Below, in pieces: positions 38,422-51,385 of a stretch of 64,000 nt of DNA (its first letter is position 1; the number at the start of each line of letters is the position of its first letter). The DNA lies in assembly GCA_951406725.2 (NCBI GenBank), contig OX597826.1:70494001-70558000 (forward strand), read 5' to 3'. Position numbers and translations under genes: made by a program. This DNA is from Octopus vulgaris (lineage: Eukaryota). The notes under the pieces were generated by a model. It had not been told where the DNA came from, searched no databases, and saw only the letters and a program-made list of their open reading frames with translations.

Positions 38422-39350
38422 TAAACTCCTGTAACTGTTCTTTGATTTTCAAGGTAATCTATTAGTATCACACCCTCTGAATCCCAGAAAACCGTGGCCA
38501 TCACTTTTTGAGCTGACTTTTGAGATTTGAACTTGATGGGTCCTGAAGATCCGTGTGAGAGCCATTGCTTTGACTGTTTTTTGGACTCAGGATCATACTG
38601 GTAAATCCAAGTTTCATCTCCAGTGATAATTGCTCTTCGTCTGCTTCAATTTTGTTCAATAATGTTAAGGAGAGATCACTTCAAAGATTCTGTTGATCAG
38701 GCCTCAATGCTTTTGGGACCCATCGTGCTGAAAGCTTGCTCAGTCCCAAATTATCATGAAGAATTGAATTTGCCAACCCATAGGAAATGTCTAGGGACGT
38801 AGCTATCTGATTGACAGTTATTCGCTGATCTTCTTCAATTAAATTTCGAGCAGCCTCGATGTTTTCATAATTTTTTGAGGTTGGTCTTCCTGAATGAGGG
38901 TCGTCTTCAAAGTCGTCTCTTCCTTCTTTGAATTGCAGAATCCACTTGTAGACTGTAGTCTTTTTTGGAGCATGAGTTCCATAAACTTTTTCCACAGCCT
39001 CAATGATCTGTGTTCCTTTCCATTCGAGTTTTACCAAAAATTTGATATTCGACCGTATTTCAAAATATCTGTTTTCCATGGTCGAAAAAGTAGAAACCAC
39101 TTTTAACTTATTTCATGAGAAACAAGAGTCTGATTGGCTGAATTGGTCGATCTGGCTTTCAGGAAAAGCATTCCTGGAAGGATCATTAGAATTAACTGTC
39201 TGTGATCTCTGGCCTTGGTCACATGTCAAAGCAAACATTTATCAAGGTATCAAATGAGGGGCTTCAGTTGGAAATTCACAAATATATATCCCAAATTACA
39301 TGATTCAAGTATTTTTTTATGTTTGAGTGAGTTTCTGAAACACTGTGAAA
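38422..39350 (-). mobile_element. Defective mariner, irritans-subfamily/Hsmar2-like, 5' half
   Basis: HTH...SGRP...SARWVPKAL, premature TGA at 38681-38683, small frameshift, then IITGDETWIYQYDPESKKQSKQW...KVMATVFWDSEGVILIDYLENQRTVTG; truncated at a SINE; outer boundary approximate. Confidence 0.9.
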
Positions 39351-39511
39351 TATATATTCAAGAAAAAATGCTGTCAAATGCAGTTTATGTTGTGTGAAAT
39401 TTAAAATTTTGTTGATTTGGTGTTTATAAATAAGTGTTCTTATCTGTTTTTGTGTCTTATCTTAATTATTACTTAAAACAAAGTGTCACACATAAACAAA
39501 CCTTGTGCGTT

Positions 39512-39560
<49 letters not shown>

Positions 39561-39599
39561 TTGAGCCTGAAAATAGGAAAGTTGGTTGTTTGTCTTTTC

Positions 39600-39890
39600 A
39601 CCGTGATCTAGTGTTTATAGTTGAAACTGTTCAAGATTTAGAGAAGAAATTTCAAGCATGGAAGCAAAGCTTAGAATTGAGAAGCTTTAAAATAAATTTA
39701 GCAAAAACTAAAGTGTTAGCAAGTAGGAAAGAAGAGAAAATCTGGTTTACTATGAAAGAAATGACCTAGTTAACCATTAAGGCATACCAAAATCAATAAG
39801 CTACTGTAAGAACAATGTGGAGAAAATATTGAGGGTACATTATCTATGTTAATAACAAAGGGCATTCTTTCAGAATAAAGAGCAAAGTGT
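39600..39890 (+). mobile_element. Degenerate RTE reverse transcriptase fragment
   Basis: DLVFIVETVQDLEKKFQAWKQSLELRSFKINLAKTKVL, the region after the YADD motif. Confidence 0.65.
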
Positions 39891-39929
39891 ATTAGAACAT
39901 TAGAATATTAGAATATTAGAATATTAGAA

Positions 39930-40690
39930 TTTCAGAACATGGGACTAGGAAACTAAGCTGGTCCTATGGAGGACATTTGTCCTCAGCTGTCTGGACCACT
40001 GCTCTCAACTGTGGTCACCCAACAGTGTGAAACTAATAATGGAACTTGAGGCTGTTCAGCAGTGCTTCACTAGGAGCATTGCATCAGACAGAAATGTTAG
40101 GATGACAGGCGAAATGCTTCGCAGTATTTCATCTGCTGCTACGTTCTGAGTTCAAATTCCACCGAGGTCGACTTTGCCATTCATCCTTTCGGGGTCGATT
40201 AAATAAGTACCAGTTATGCACTGAGGTTGATGCAATTGACTTAATCCCTTTGTCTGTCCTTGTTTGTCTCCACTATGTTTAGCCCCTTGTGGGCAATAAA
40301 GAAATAAGAACAGCTGAACTACTGGGAAAAACTGCAACACCTATGATACTACTCTCTGGAGCAAAGACAATAGAGATATGTAGAGGTGGAAGATTCTAGA
40401 GGGGTTGGCACCAAACTTTGGCTCTGAGAGTTATGTTGGCTCCCCAAACTGGACGTCACTGCACTGCTCCAAAGGTCCCACCCATCCCATCTAGAGTGAG
40501 GACAAGGGACTTCAATAGCTTGGGATTCAAAGGCCTGCAACTATTTATTAGTTTGCCAAAAAATCTGAGAGGTCTACATGGAGTGTGGGTAGATATTTTC
40601 AAGAAACAACTTGTCCTTCTGAAGTCCAAAATCCCAGGTGAACTTGAGAGGGAGATAACAATATCAAACTTACTCCTTCACCAAAAGGAT
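39930..40690 (+). mobile_element. Degenerate CR1-clade LINE ORF2 C-terminus, interrupted by a family B SINE (about 40090-40310)
   Basis: LWRTFVLSCLDHCSQLWSP..ELEAVQQCFTRSI / YSLEQRQ*RY..WKILEGLAPN..GLQLFISLPKNLR..FKKQL. Confidence 0.7.
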
Positions 40691-41375
40691 ATTATTATAA
40701 TACAAATCAAAAATCAAAAATTAAAACTAAAATCGAAATCGATCAACATCAATGGAAATTGTAGCTGTGATACCAGTGCCGGTGGCACGTAAGAGAATCA
40801 TCCGAATGTGGCCGTTGCCAGCGCCGCCCCGACTGGCCTCCGTGCTGGTGGCACGTAAAAAAGCACCATCCAATTGTGGCCGTTGCCAGCCTCGTCTGGC
40901 ACCCGTACCAGTGGCATGTAAAAAGCACCATCCGATTGTGGCCGTTTGCCAGCCTCGTCTGGCACTTGTGCAGGTGGCACATAAAAAGCACCCACTACAC
41001 TCACAGAGTGTAGAAACACTGCCAGATCAGACTGGGCCTGGCGCAGCCTTCTGGCTTCCCAGACCCCAGTTGAACCGTCCAAACCATGCTAGCATGGAAA
41101 ACGGACGTTAAACGATGATGATGATGAAATCACAAGAGAATGGCCATTGAAAAGTTAGTAATACTGGTAGTGCCCACCATGGCCACAGCCTTTGGACTGA
41201 AATGCATAAAAGAATGTATGTAAATTCTTTGAACTATAAAAAAAAAAGAAACTTCTATCTTAGAGTTCGTTGCATTAAGAATACCAGCAATAGCTTAACT
41301 ATTGTTTCATGAGGATGGCGTCCCTGCATAATTACACTCAGCTATTTGCTGCAACTAATCTATAAATATAATATA

Positions 41376-41890
41376 ATAAATAAATGCGCCCTTTTAAAGC
41401 CTAGCCAGGCTCATGGACCCGGTTTCCCGGTTTCTATGGCGTAAGTGTTCCCAGCTGGACGGGACGCCAGTCCATCACAGCATTACTCATTTTTGCCAGC
41501 TGAGTGGACTGGAGCAACGTGAAATGAAGTGTTTTGCTCAAGAACACAAAGTGTCGCCCGGTCCAGGAATCGAAACCACAATCTTATGATCATGATGCTG
41601 ACACCCTAACCACTAAGCCACGCGCCTCCACAAAATAAATGCGCCCTTTTTAAAACCTAGCCAGGCTCATGGGCCCGGTTTCCCGGTTTCTATGGCGTAA
41701 GTGTTCCCCAGCTGGACGGGACGCCAGTCCATTGCAGCGTTACTCATTTTTGCCAGCTGAGTGGACTGGAGCAACGTGAAATAAAGTGTTTTGCTCAAGA
41801 ACGCAACGCGTCGCTTGGTGCAGGAATCGAAACCACAATCTTACGATCATGATTCTGACACCCCTAACCACTAAGCCACGCTCCTTCCAC
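41376..41890 (-). mobile_element. Tandem pair of tRNA/CORE/V-like SINEs (family D)
   Basis: Two units of about 257 bp; related copies at 45605-45860 and 1-380. Confidence 0.85.
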
Positions 41891-42105
41891 AATCTATAAA
41901 TATGCTGAAAAGAAACAAGAAAAGGAAAAAAGAAAAGGAAAAGAAAAGCAGGAGCAGAGAACTGCGAATTGTGGTGACAAATAACGGAAGTTACATGGTT
42001 TCAGTTCGAACATCCGGTTACGACGCCAATTTCTATATATCTCACGCAGTTTTATACACGCACCTGCGTCGTCTCTGTGTATACACAAGGATATACATAC
42101 ATACA

Positions 42106-42153
<48 letters not shown>

Positions 42154-42509
42154 GTCTGTGTGTCGAGACAGAACATACACGCCTGCCTGTATATATATAT
42201 ATATATTTACACATATATATATATATATATATATAGGTGCGTACATTGACAGACCACAAGTGTCACATTGATTTCTTTCGTTATTGAGGTCTGTCACTAA
42301 TCTTAAATATATATCTTGTTGATTAATTAATTCTTTTTGTGTTTCACAACATCGAAGACAAAAAAAAAGAAAAAAAGGAAAAATAAGGAAGTAAAAAAAA
42401 AAAAAACCGTTTTTACTTCGGTCGAATTTTGGGATTTTACAATTTCCAGTTCTTTAGAGTTAATTGGTAAATATAAAAACACTTAATTTAAGTGGATGTA
42501 TTGTATTTG

Positions 42510-42562
<53 letters not shown>

Positions 42563-42699
42563 CACGTGTGTGTGTGTATGTGTGTTCTATTCTCATTGTT
42601 TTTTAATGATTTTTTGTTTTACGATGTTATTGTTCTTTTAATTTGGGGAAATTGAATTCTCTTGTAATTTTAGTTTATTACTATCAAAAATTACGTAAA

Positions 42700-42703
42700 G
42701 TAT

Positions 42704-42750
<47 letters not shown>

Positions 42751-43195
42751 AGTACGTGTGTATTATATATATATGTATATATAAACTGTATATATATATG
42801 TATGTATATATAAGCTCTATATATATATGTATGTATGTATATATAAGCTGTATGTGTATATAAGCTGTGTATATATGTATGTATGTATATATAAACTATG
42901 TATGTATATATAAACTGTGTGTATATATAAACTATGTATGTATATATAAGCTCTATATATATGTATGTGTGTATATATAAACACTATGTATGTATATATA
43001 ATGTATATATAAGCTGTATGTGTATATAAGCTGTGTATATATGTATGTATGTATATATAAACTATGTATGTATATATAAACTGTGTGTATATATAAACTA
43101 TGTATGTATATATAAGCTCTATATATATGTATGTGTGTATATATAAACACTATGTATGTATATATAAGCTGTGTATATATGTATGTATATATAAA
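42700..43195. repeat. (TA)n-derived minisatellite
   Basis: Repeating TATGTATGTATATATAAGCT/AAACT-type units. Confidence 0.85.
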
Positions 43196-43618
43196 CTGGT
43201 ATTGTTTTCAACAAGTAGTATAGCACTCAATCATTGAAAGACTAGGGATATTGTTATAACACAAATCACTGCGATGTTTCATCACAAAAAGCCTTATGAA
43301 ATGCAGTTACCCATGGTCTTTATTATATCAATAATAATCGTTTCAGATTTTGGCCCAAGGATAGTAATTTCGTGGAAATCTGTAAGTTAGTTACATCCAT
43401 CCCATTGCTTAATTGGTATCTATATTTTATCGACCCGGAAAGGATGAAAGGCGAAGTCGACCTAATATTATATGTAAGGTCCTAATATATATGTGACAAT
43501 CCTGTCACAACCTGGGACCTTGAAGGCTGCTTTAATGCAAGAAAGTATACTAGACCCTTAATATTTTATATTCAATATTTCATCTATTCAATAAGACAAT
43601 CAATACTTCATTTCATTT

Positions 43619-43660
<42 letters not shown>

Positions 43661-43793
43661 TATACTATATATTCTATATTCTACATTTATATTATAAAGA
43701 ATATAAATAAAACATAAAAAAAACAGAGTTGGAATTTCTTTGAATAATATATATCCCTCTATACACAATCATACAAAGCCCTTTATATATATA

Positions 43794-43838
<45 letters not shown>

Positions 43839-44047
43839 ACAAAGAGTAAAATTAATTAATTAAGAAGTAATCAATAATTTCACCAAGTAGAATTCGGCAT
43901 GAAAAAAGGACCATTTCACGGTAAACTTAAGTAATACTTAATAAATAGGGTTCAGCAAAGATTTGCTTTACTACATACCGAAGTTTAGAAATAGCAGCCC
44001 AAAAAACCTTAGCTATTCCTTCTACTTTAAAAAGGGACTCCCAGAGA

Positions 44048-44083
<36 letters not shown>

Positions 44084-44588
44084 TTTCTGTATATGCATAG
44101 CTTCAATTTGTGTATGACCTGTCGAACCTTTATAAATAAACTCCCTTATCTTCTGACTGTACCTTTCACGTAACGTGTGTTTTGCACGTAGATAGATAGA
44201 GATAGGCGGACCCGGTTTCGATTCCTTGTGAGAATCGTTCCACTTGCGGCGTCGCTCGTGTCATTGGTGAACGCTTTCTACGTCATGATATCGTAAATTT
44301 CTAATTTTTTTGTTATTTTCTGAGATACAAAGCAAAACAAATAATCTGTGGCCTTGTACATAGGTAAAACTATTTATTTTCCCCTCCCTCTACATTTTCT
44401 TCTTCTTCTTCGTCGTCGTCGTCGTTTTTGTTGTTACACTGCCTGATCGAAGGAAAACGACACCTATTTGTTATTTACTGTTGTGTAAATATATATATAT
44501 GGATTCGTTACAAACAGCAATTCCGTTATCTAAGTCATAAGTAAGATTTGTTTCTCTTTCATCACCTTTACTCTCCTTGGTTCTGCTC

Positions 44589-44621
<33 letters not shown>

Positions 44622-44628
44622 ATATATG

Positions 44629-44683
<55 letters not shown>

Positions 44684-45567
44684 TTGTTTCAGTCATTGTG
44701 ACTGAGGCCATGCTGGAGTACCGCCTTTTGTCGAGCAAATCGACCGCAGAGCTTATTCCTTCTAAGCCTAGTACTTATTCTATCGGTTCAATTTGCCGAA
44801 CCGCTAAGTTACGGGGACTTAAACAAATCAGTATTGGTTGTCAAGTGATGTTGGGGGAACAAACACACACACACATATATATATATATACATATATACGA
44901 CGGGCTTCTTTCAGTTTCCGTCTACCAAATCCACTCACAAGGCTTTGGGCGACCCGAGGCTGTAGTAGAAGACACTTGCCCAAGGTGTCACAAAAGAATA
45001 TATATATTTAGTGTGTGTGTGTATGTATGAGCACCCACTAATTTCTTTCTTTTTTTTTCTCACATTAAATTCTAATATGGTTGGTATCTAGACCATCTGA
45101 AAGATATTTGTAGGGAATTCTGTTAAAAAACATCCATTTTTCCGAAAGTTAAGCGGGTACAAAGTCGGGTGGCAGGCACACTTAGGTAGGTATACTTCTT
45201 TCTCTTGCTCATGTCTTTAGTCACCCATCATATACATCTTCTCTTCCCCATACATTGCATCCTTTCACAGATTCCTTCCGCTTCTTAGCAATCTCACGAC
45301 ACTATGCTTTCGGCGTAACCAACAGCGACAGTGAATCCCTTCTTTTCGCTAGACATTGCTTGGAGGGTAACTAAAAAATGCCACTTAATCTGTTCTGACC
45401 CTTTCATCAATTCTCTTTTGTTCCATTTGTTGGTTCAGAAACCACTTAGTTTCCATTCCTCCTGCCACCACCCTCACTGTTCCACCCCACGCTCCCCATT
45501 TCCCATCATGAATAGGACCTCATGTCCAGTGCATTTCTGTATACTTCATGCTTTAGCTTTTTAAAAC

Positions 45568-45616
<49 letters not shown>

Positions 45617-45857
45617 TAAATGCACCCTTTTAAAACCTAGCCAGGCTCATGGGCCTGGTTTACTGGTTTCGATGGCGTATGTGTTTTGCAGCTGGATGGG
45701 ATGCCAGTCCATCACATCATTACTCATTTTTGCCAGCTGAGTGGACTGGAGCAACGTGAAATGAAGTGTTTTGCTCAAGAACACAACGCGTCGCTTGGTC
45801 CAGGAATCGAAACCACAATCTTAGGATCATGATGCCGACACCCTAACCACTAAGCCA

Positions 45858-45905
<48 letters not shown>

Positions 45906-45917
45906 AAACACATATAT

Positions 45918-47340
45918 AAATCACAAACACCTTCAGGTAGATGGCCCTGCTCGATCTGTAGAAAGGGTGTAGGTAGAAACTCTATAAGATGCACCAAGTG
46001 TAAGCTATGGACACATAAGAGATGCAGCAATGTCAAAGGAAGGCTAACTAGGAAGATGGTTTTTGTATGTGGCAGATGCTCAGGAACAATAAACACTGAA
46101 AATGCTCTGAGACCAACTTCTGTCACTTTCCAGGGAGAAAAACTAGAAATAGTTGATAGTTTCCGTTACCTAGGTGACCAAGTCAGCAGCGGGGGCGGGT
46201 GTGCTGAAAGTGTAACTGCTAGAGTAAGAATAGCTTGGGCAAAGTTCAGAGAGCTCTTACCTCTGCTGGTGACAAAAGGCCTCTCGCACAGAGTGAAAGG
46301 CAGACTGTATGATGCGTGTGTACGAACAGCCATGCTACATGGCAGTGAAACATGGGCCGTGACTGCTGAGGATATGCGTAAGCTCGCTAGAAATGAAGCC
46401 AGTATGCTCCGATGGATGTGTAATGCCAGTACTCACACTCGGCAGAGTGTAAGTACCTTGAGAGAAAAGCTGGACCTAAGAAGCATCAGTTGTGGTGTGC
46501 AAGAGAGACGTTTGCGCTGGTATGGTCATGTGGCGAGAATGGATGAAGATAGTTGTGTGAAAAAGTGCCACACCCTAGCGGTTGAGGGAACCTGTGGAAG
46601 AGGCAGACCCAGGAAAACCTGGGACGAGGTGGTGAAGCACGACCTTCGAACTTTAGGTCTCACCGAGGAAATGACTAGAGACCGAGACCTCTGGAAGTGT
46701 GCTGTGCGCGAGAAGACCCGGCAGGACAAGTGAGTCCACAACCCGTGGCCTTCTACATGGGATGGAGCCAGCCTACGTATGCATACCTTCCCTTCTTGGG
46801 ACACAAAACTCTACTTGTGAAGACGTGTTGAGGCAAGTGAGGATCAGAATCGAAATCGATCAATGGAAATTGCGGATGTGCTACCAGTGCCGGTGGCATG
46901 TCGAAACTCTGCTTGTGAAGACCCATTGAGGCAAGTGAGGATCAGAATCGAAATCGATCAATGGAAATCGATCAATGGAAATTGCAGATGTGTTACCAGT
47001 GCCGGTGGCATGTAAGAGAACCTTCCGTTTCGCGACCGTTGCCAGCACCGCCCGTTTCGTGTTCGTTGCCAGCCTCGCCTGGCCCTCGTGCCGGTGGCAC
47101 ATAAAAAACACCATCCGTTCGTGGCCGTTTGCCAGCTCTGGCTGGCACCAGTGCGGGTGGCACGTAAAAAGCACCCACTACACTCACGGAGTGGTTGGCG
47201 TTAGGAAGGGCATCCAGCCGTAGAAACACTGCCAGATTTGACTGGGCCTGATGAAGCCTTCTGGCTTCACAGACCCCAGCAGAACCGTCCAACCCATGCT
47301 AGCATGGAAAACGGACGCTAAATGATGATGATGATGATGA
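45918..47340 (+). mobile_element. 5'-truncated RTE LINE inserted in (TA)n, with an intact C-terminal frame of about 270 aa
   Basis: PHD-like Cys/His cluster, VDSFRYLG, KGRLYDACVRTAMLHGSETW, RRLRWYGHVARM, GRGRPRKTW; stop at 46731-46733; repetitive 3' UTR and (GAT)n tail; about 18 shorter 3' ends of the same family in the window. Confidence 0.95.
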
Positions 47341-47747
47341 TATATATATATATATATATCATCATCATCATCATCATCACTCAACGTCTGTTGACCATGG
47401 GTTGGGCGATTTGACCAGGGCTGGTTAGCTGAAGAGCTGCACCAGACTCCAGTCTGATTTGGCATGGTTTCTACAGCTGGATGCCCTCTTAACACCTACC
47501 ACTCCAAGAGGGTAACGGGTACTTTTACATGCTGCCTGCACAGGTACCAGTTGTGTGACACCATCTGCCATGCCTACAATTTCACTTGACTTGATGGGGC
47601 TTCTTTTCAAGCATGTTATATTGCCAAATGTCTTGGTCATTTGTGATTGCCTCCATGAGGCCCAGCACTTGAAAGGTGCTTTGGTACCAGTTACACAACA
47701 CCAGCATCGACCACATTGCTTCATATAGATATATATATACATATGCA

Positions 47748-47796
<49 letters not shown>

Positions 47797-47973
47797 ATAT
47801 TGGTTTGATAGTACAAATAGGACAGATAAAACTCAAAATGTGTGTGTGTGTGGGTATGCACGCATGTGTCTGCATATAGATTATCAATTACATGTGGTGG
47901 TATCAGCAATGGTTGCATATATATCAGCAATACATGCATATGTATATATGCAGGTATGTTTGTATTTATGTAA

Positions 47974-48008
<35 letters not shown>

Positions 48009-48056
48009 TGTACTTGCATAGCAAGTGACCTGATCTGAGATCGTGTGCTGGAATGA

Positions 48057-48267
48057 AAACAATTGCAGCGTGGAAGGTGTTTATAAGCCATTTAAGAAAC
48101 ACACAAAACCATTAGATTCTGTGCAGCACAGAATTTTGTCAGTGAACAGGTCGCGGTCTAAAGCGACGAAAATATTTTGACAGATTAAATTTAAATGTTG
48201 AAGTGAATCTAATGGTTTTTGTGTGTTTCTTAAATGGCTTATAAACACTTTCACGCTGCAATTGTTT
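48057..48267. mobile_element. Penelope-like foldback unit
   Basis: 63-bp inverted arms 48057-48119 and 48205-48267 enclosing a hammerhead-like fold. Confidence 0.65.
48135..48184 (+). ncRNA. Putative variant minimal hammerhead ribozyme (G3-C8 core)
   Basis: TGTCA-GTGAACA-G-GTCGC ggtctaaa GCGAC-GAA-AATATT-T-TGACA; stems I and II pair perfectly, stem III is palindromic. Confidence 0.65.
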
Positions 48268-49269
48268 ATATTTATATGTTCATACATAGATACTTACATA
48301 GATATATTTTCTTACATTAAAAACAATCTTCAAAATTAGATTTTTACAAGTAAATGAAAAGTTCATCTTGCACATATTCAAGAAATTGTATCTATAAGCT
48401 GAGCAATGAAAATACACAAGACATTTGAAAATTTAGCAGGTGATTTATACAGATGTTGACCTCCGAATTTCATTGAGGGCACTTTCTTTCATAGTTAGGA
48501 ACCATCTCCTTCATTATACATAAGTCCTTCACTTCCTATGATGTAAAAGCCCATCAACAACCCTGTCTTTGACTCTGGGCTGTCTTTTCCTCTCCAGGTC
48601 TTGTTGGTTTAGAATTGTTATCAATGCTTTTCTTTCTTGATGTTGGCCATATACAAACTGTTTTGACCTCTGGGAAGAGACAGTCCATCTTAGTCTGGTC
48701 TCTATCCTTTTACCTATCCAATATGGGAGGCCCTGCTAGGAGCTTATACACTACTAGCATAGCTCTCAGGATCATTGAGGTACAGAAGCCACCACGTCAC
48801 CACAAAACACTTAAAGCTCCATGAGGCTCTGGCAGGGAGGATGGGGGGGCTCATGGTAAATCCTGCTGTACACTTTCACCACAACTTTCTCTCTTTCTTC
48901 CTGTTTCTGTTGTACTTGCATTTCAAGAGGGCCAGCCTTGTCGCACTCTGCGTCACGCTGAATCTCCTTGAGAACCATGTTAAGGGGACACGTGTCTGTG
49001 GAGTGCTCAGCCACTTGCATGTTAATTTCACAAGGAGGCTGTTCTGTTGATCGGATCAACTGGAACCCTCGTCATCGTAACCGACGGAATGCCACGTCTA
49101 CACTTGTATGATTAATAAAACAATGTAAGAAATAATTTTTAATATATTTTTTCCCCTCAATATTTAGTGTTAATTCCATGCAAAAGTGTACCAGGAATTT
49201 TTCGTTGGATCTCAAGTGCACTACAGATTAAGAGGCATTGGAGTATGTATGTTAAAACAATTGTTCTTA

Positions 49270-49653
49270 TAGGCGCAGAAGTGGCTGTGTGGTAAGTAGC
49301 TTGCTAACCAACCACATGGTTCCGGGTTCAGTCCCACTGCGTGGCATCTTGGGCAAGTGTCTTCTGCTATAGCTCCGGGCCGAACCAATGCCTTGTGAGT
49401 GGATTTGGTAGACGGAAACTGAAAGAAGCCTGTCGTATATATATATATAAGTGTGTGTCTGTGTTTGTCCCCCTAGCATTGCTTGACAACCGATGCTGGT
49501 GTGTTTACGTCCCCGTCACTTAGCAGTTCAGCAAAAGAGACTGATAGAATAAGTACTGGGCTTACAAAGAATAAGTCCCGGGGTCGATTTGCTCAACTAA
49601 AGGTGGTGCTCCAGCATGGCCGCAGTCAAATGACTGAAACAAGCAAAAGAGTA
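49270..49653 (+). mobile_element. SINE family A, full length
   Basis: Complete match to family A; further copies at 20421-20815, 44682-44990 and 54921-55322. Confidence 0.9.
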
Positions 49654-51033
49654 TAGCTCCTGCCTTCACAAACCATGAGTGGGATGGTTCTATGGCTGGC
49701 GCAAGCAATTATTGTTGTTGTTGCTTTGCATAAAGTCAACCCTGACTGAGCGGGTCTATGATCAAAGACACTTCAGCTATGCTCCACCAACTACCTTTTA
49801 GGGGTAATGTCTAGGATCACATTTATCAATATGTCCTTCCCTTTTATAAGACAGTAGAGTATGACTTGAGGGAGATTTTGCTGCTGTGTATTAGTTTGAA
49901 TGACCACATTAGAAGCTCATTCATTGGAGAAACTGTTTGTAAAGCTGGAGGGACCTCCTTCACTGTTAACCCTCTCAACTCTGAAAGAGAATTAATTGAA
50001 CAAAATGCCCCCAAAAGCTGAAGTTAGATTTATATTATTGTTTTATGTGTAGTGGAGAATAATTCTTGCTTATGAAGACTATGATAAAAGTAATGTGAAA
50101 CTAAGGCTGGGAATTGTAAGTGTAATAGTAAAAGCTGGAAATTCTGTCGTCTTTATTTTGACAAATTCTCTGTGTGGAGATGAAGTTTTCTGTTCAAACA
50201 TGCAAGTGGCTCAGCACTCCACAGACACGTGTACCCTTGACGTGGTTCTCAAGGAGATTCAGCGTGACACAGAGTGTGACAAGGCTGGCCCTTTGAAATT
50301 CAGGTACAACAGAAACAGGAAGACAGAGAGAAAGTTGTGGTGAAAGAGTACAGCAGGATTTAACCCCCTCCCCCATCCCCTGCCAGAGCTTCATGGAACT
50401 TTAGGTGTTTTCGCTCAATAAACACTCACAACACCCAGTCTGGGTATCGAAACCGTGATTCTACGGCCGCGAGTCCACTGCCCTAAACACTGGGCCATTC
50501 CACACAAGTGTAGAACAATGTTATGAATAAAGTTTCCAAGGTAATGCATACCTTAGTGTAGATTCATTTAATACTTAACCCTTGCAGACAGATTTAGAAC
50601 TCACAGTCTTTGTGGTGTTCTGGTACATAATTTTTCACACAAGGAATTTTACAGTGAAGTAACAGATCCTCCTTAGTGTGGTATATTTGAAAATACGGTG
50701 CCATACAGAGTGAGACATCGCGCACACACACACACACACACACACAGTGTTTCGATGTCAGTACCACTTCATGTCTGCAAGGCGTTAAATTACATTTCTA
50801 AAAATCCTCAGTGCATCTAGATCAGCAGTTCTCATCCAGGCCCTCATGTTGCTCTCATGTATCATTCCAATGGTGATCTTTCTACAAATATAATAAATGT
50901 TTCATTAATTCACCTGTATTTCATTTTCTCTGTGTGACCCCCTAAAAACGATCCAGGTTTTGGATTTGGTCCAGATATTAGAATGGTTGAGGGCTACAGA
51001 TCCAGATATTCTTATCAACACAATATTTGAGAA

Positions 51034-51064
<31 letters not shown>

Positions 51065-51385
51065 GGCAAAATGTCTGTCTGTCTGTCTGTGTGTGTATCT
51101 TTTATACAAATCCACAATTTTTCAGTTAGAGGGCTCGCACTTTCTATGGTCATTCAAAACTGTCCAAGGGTGGTCGTGCACATCTTTACATTTCCCCAGT
51201 CACCCCACAAAGCCATTAAAAAATCAATAGAAGTGACTGTGATTTTCTATCCAAAACCCAATCAAAATGCCCGAAACTTGATACGCCAATTGAATGCCAG
51301 CTAGCTGTATGTGATTGGTCGGAGATTTGGACAGTACTCTCGTGTATGTGCACATGCACGCAGCTGTATATGCATGCACTAGCAC
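51034..51385 (+). mobile_element. Helitron/DINE-1-like non-autonomous element, 5' part
   Basis: A|TCTCTC...TATATA...(TGTC)n start resembling the 9875-10267 element; 3' hairpin not seen. Confidence 0.4.
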
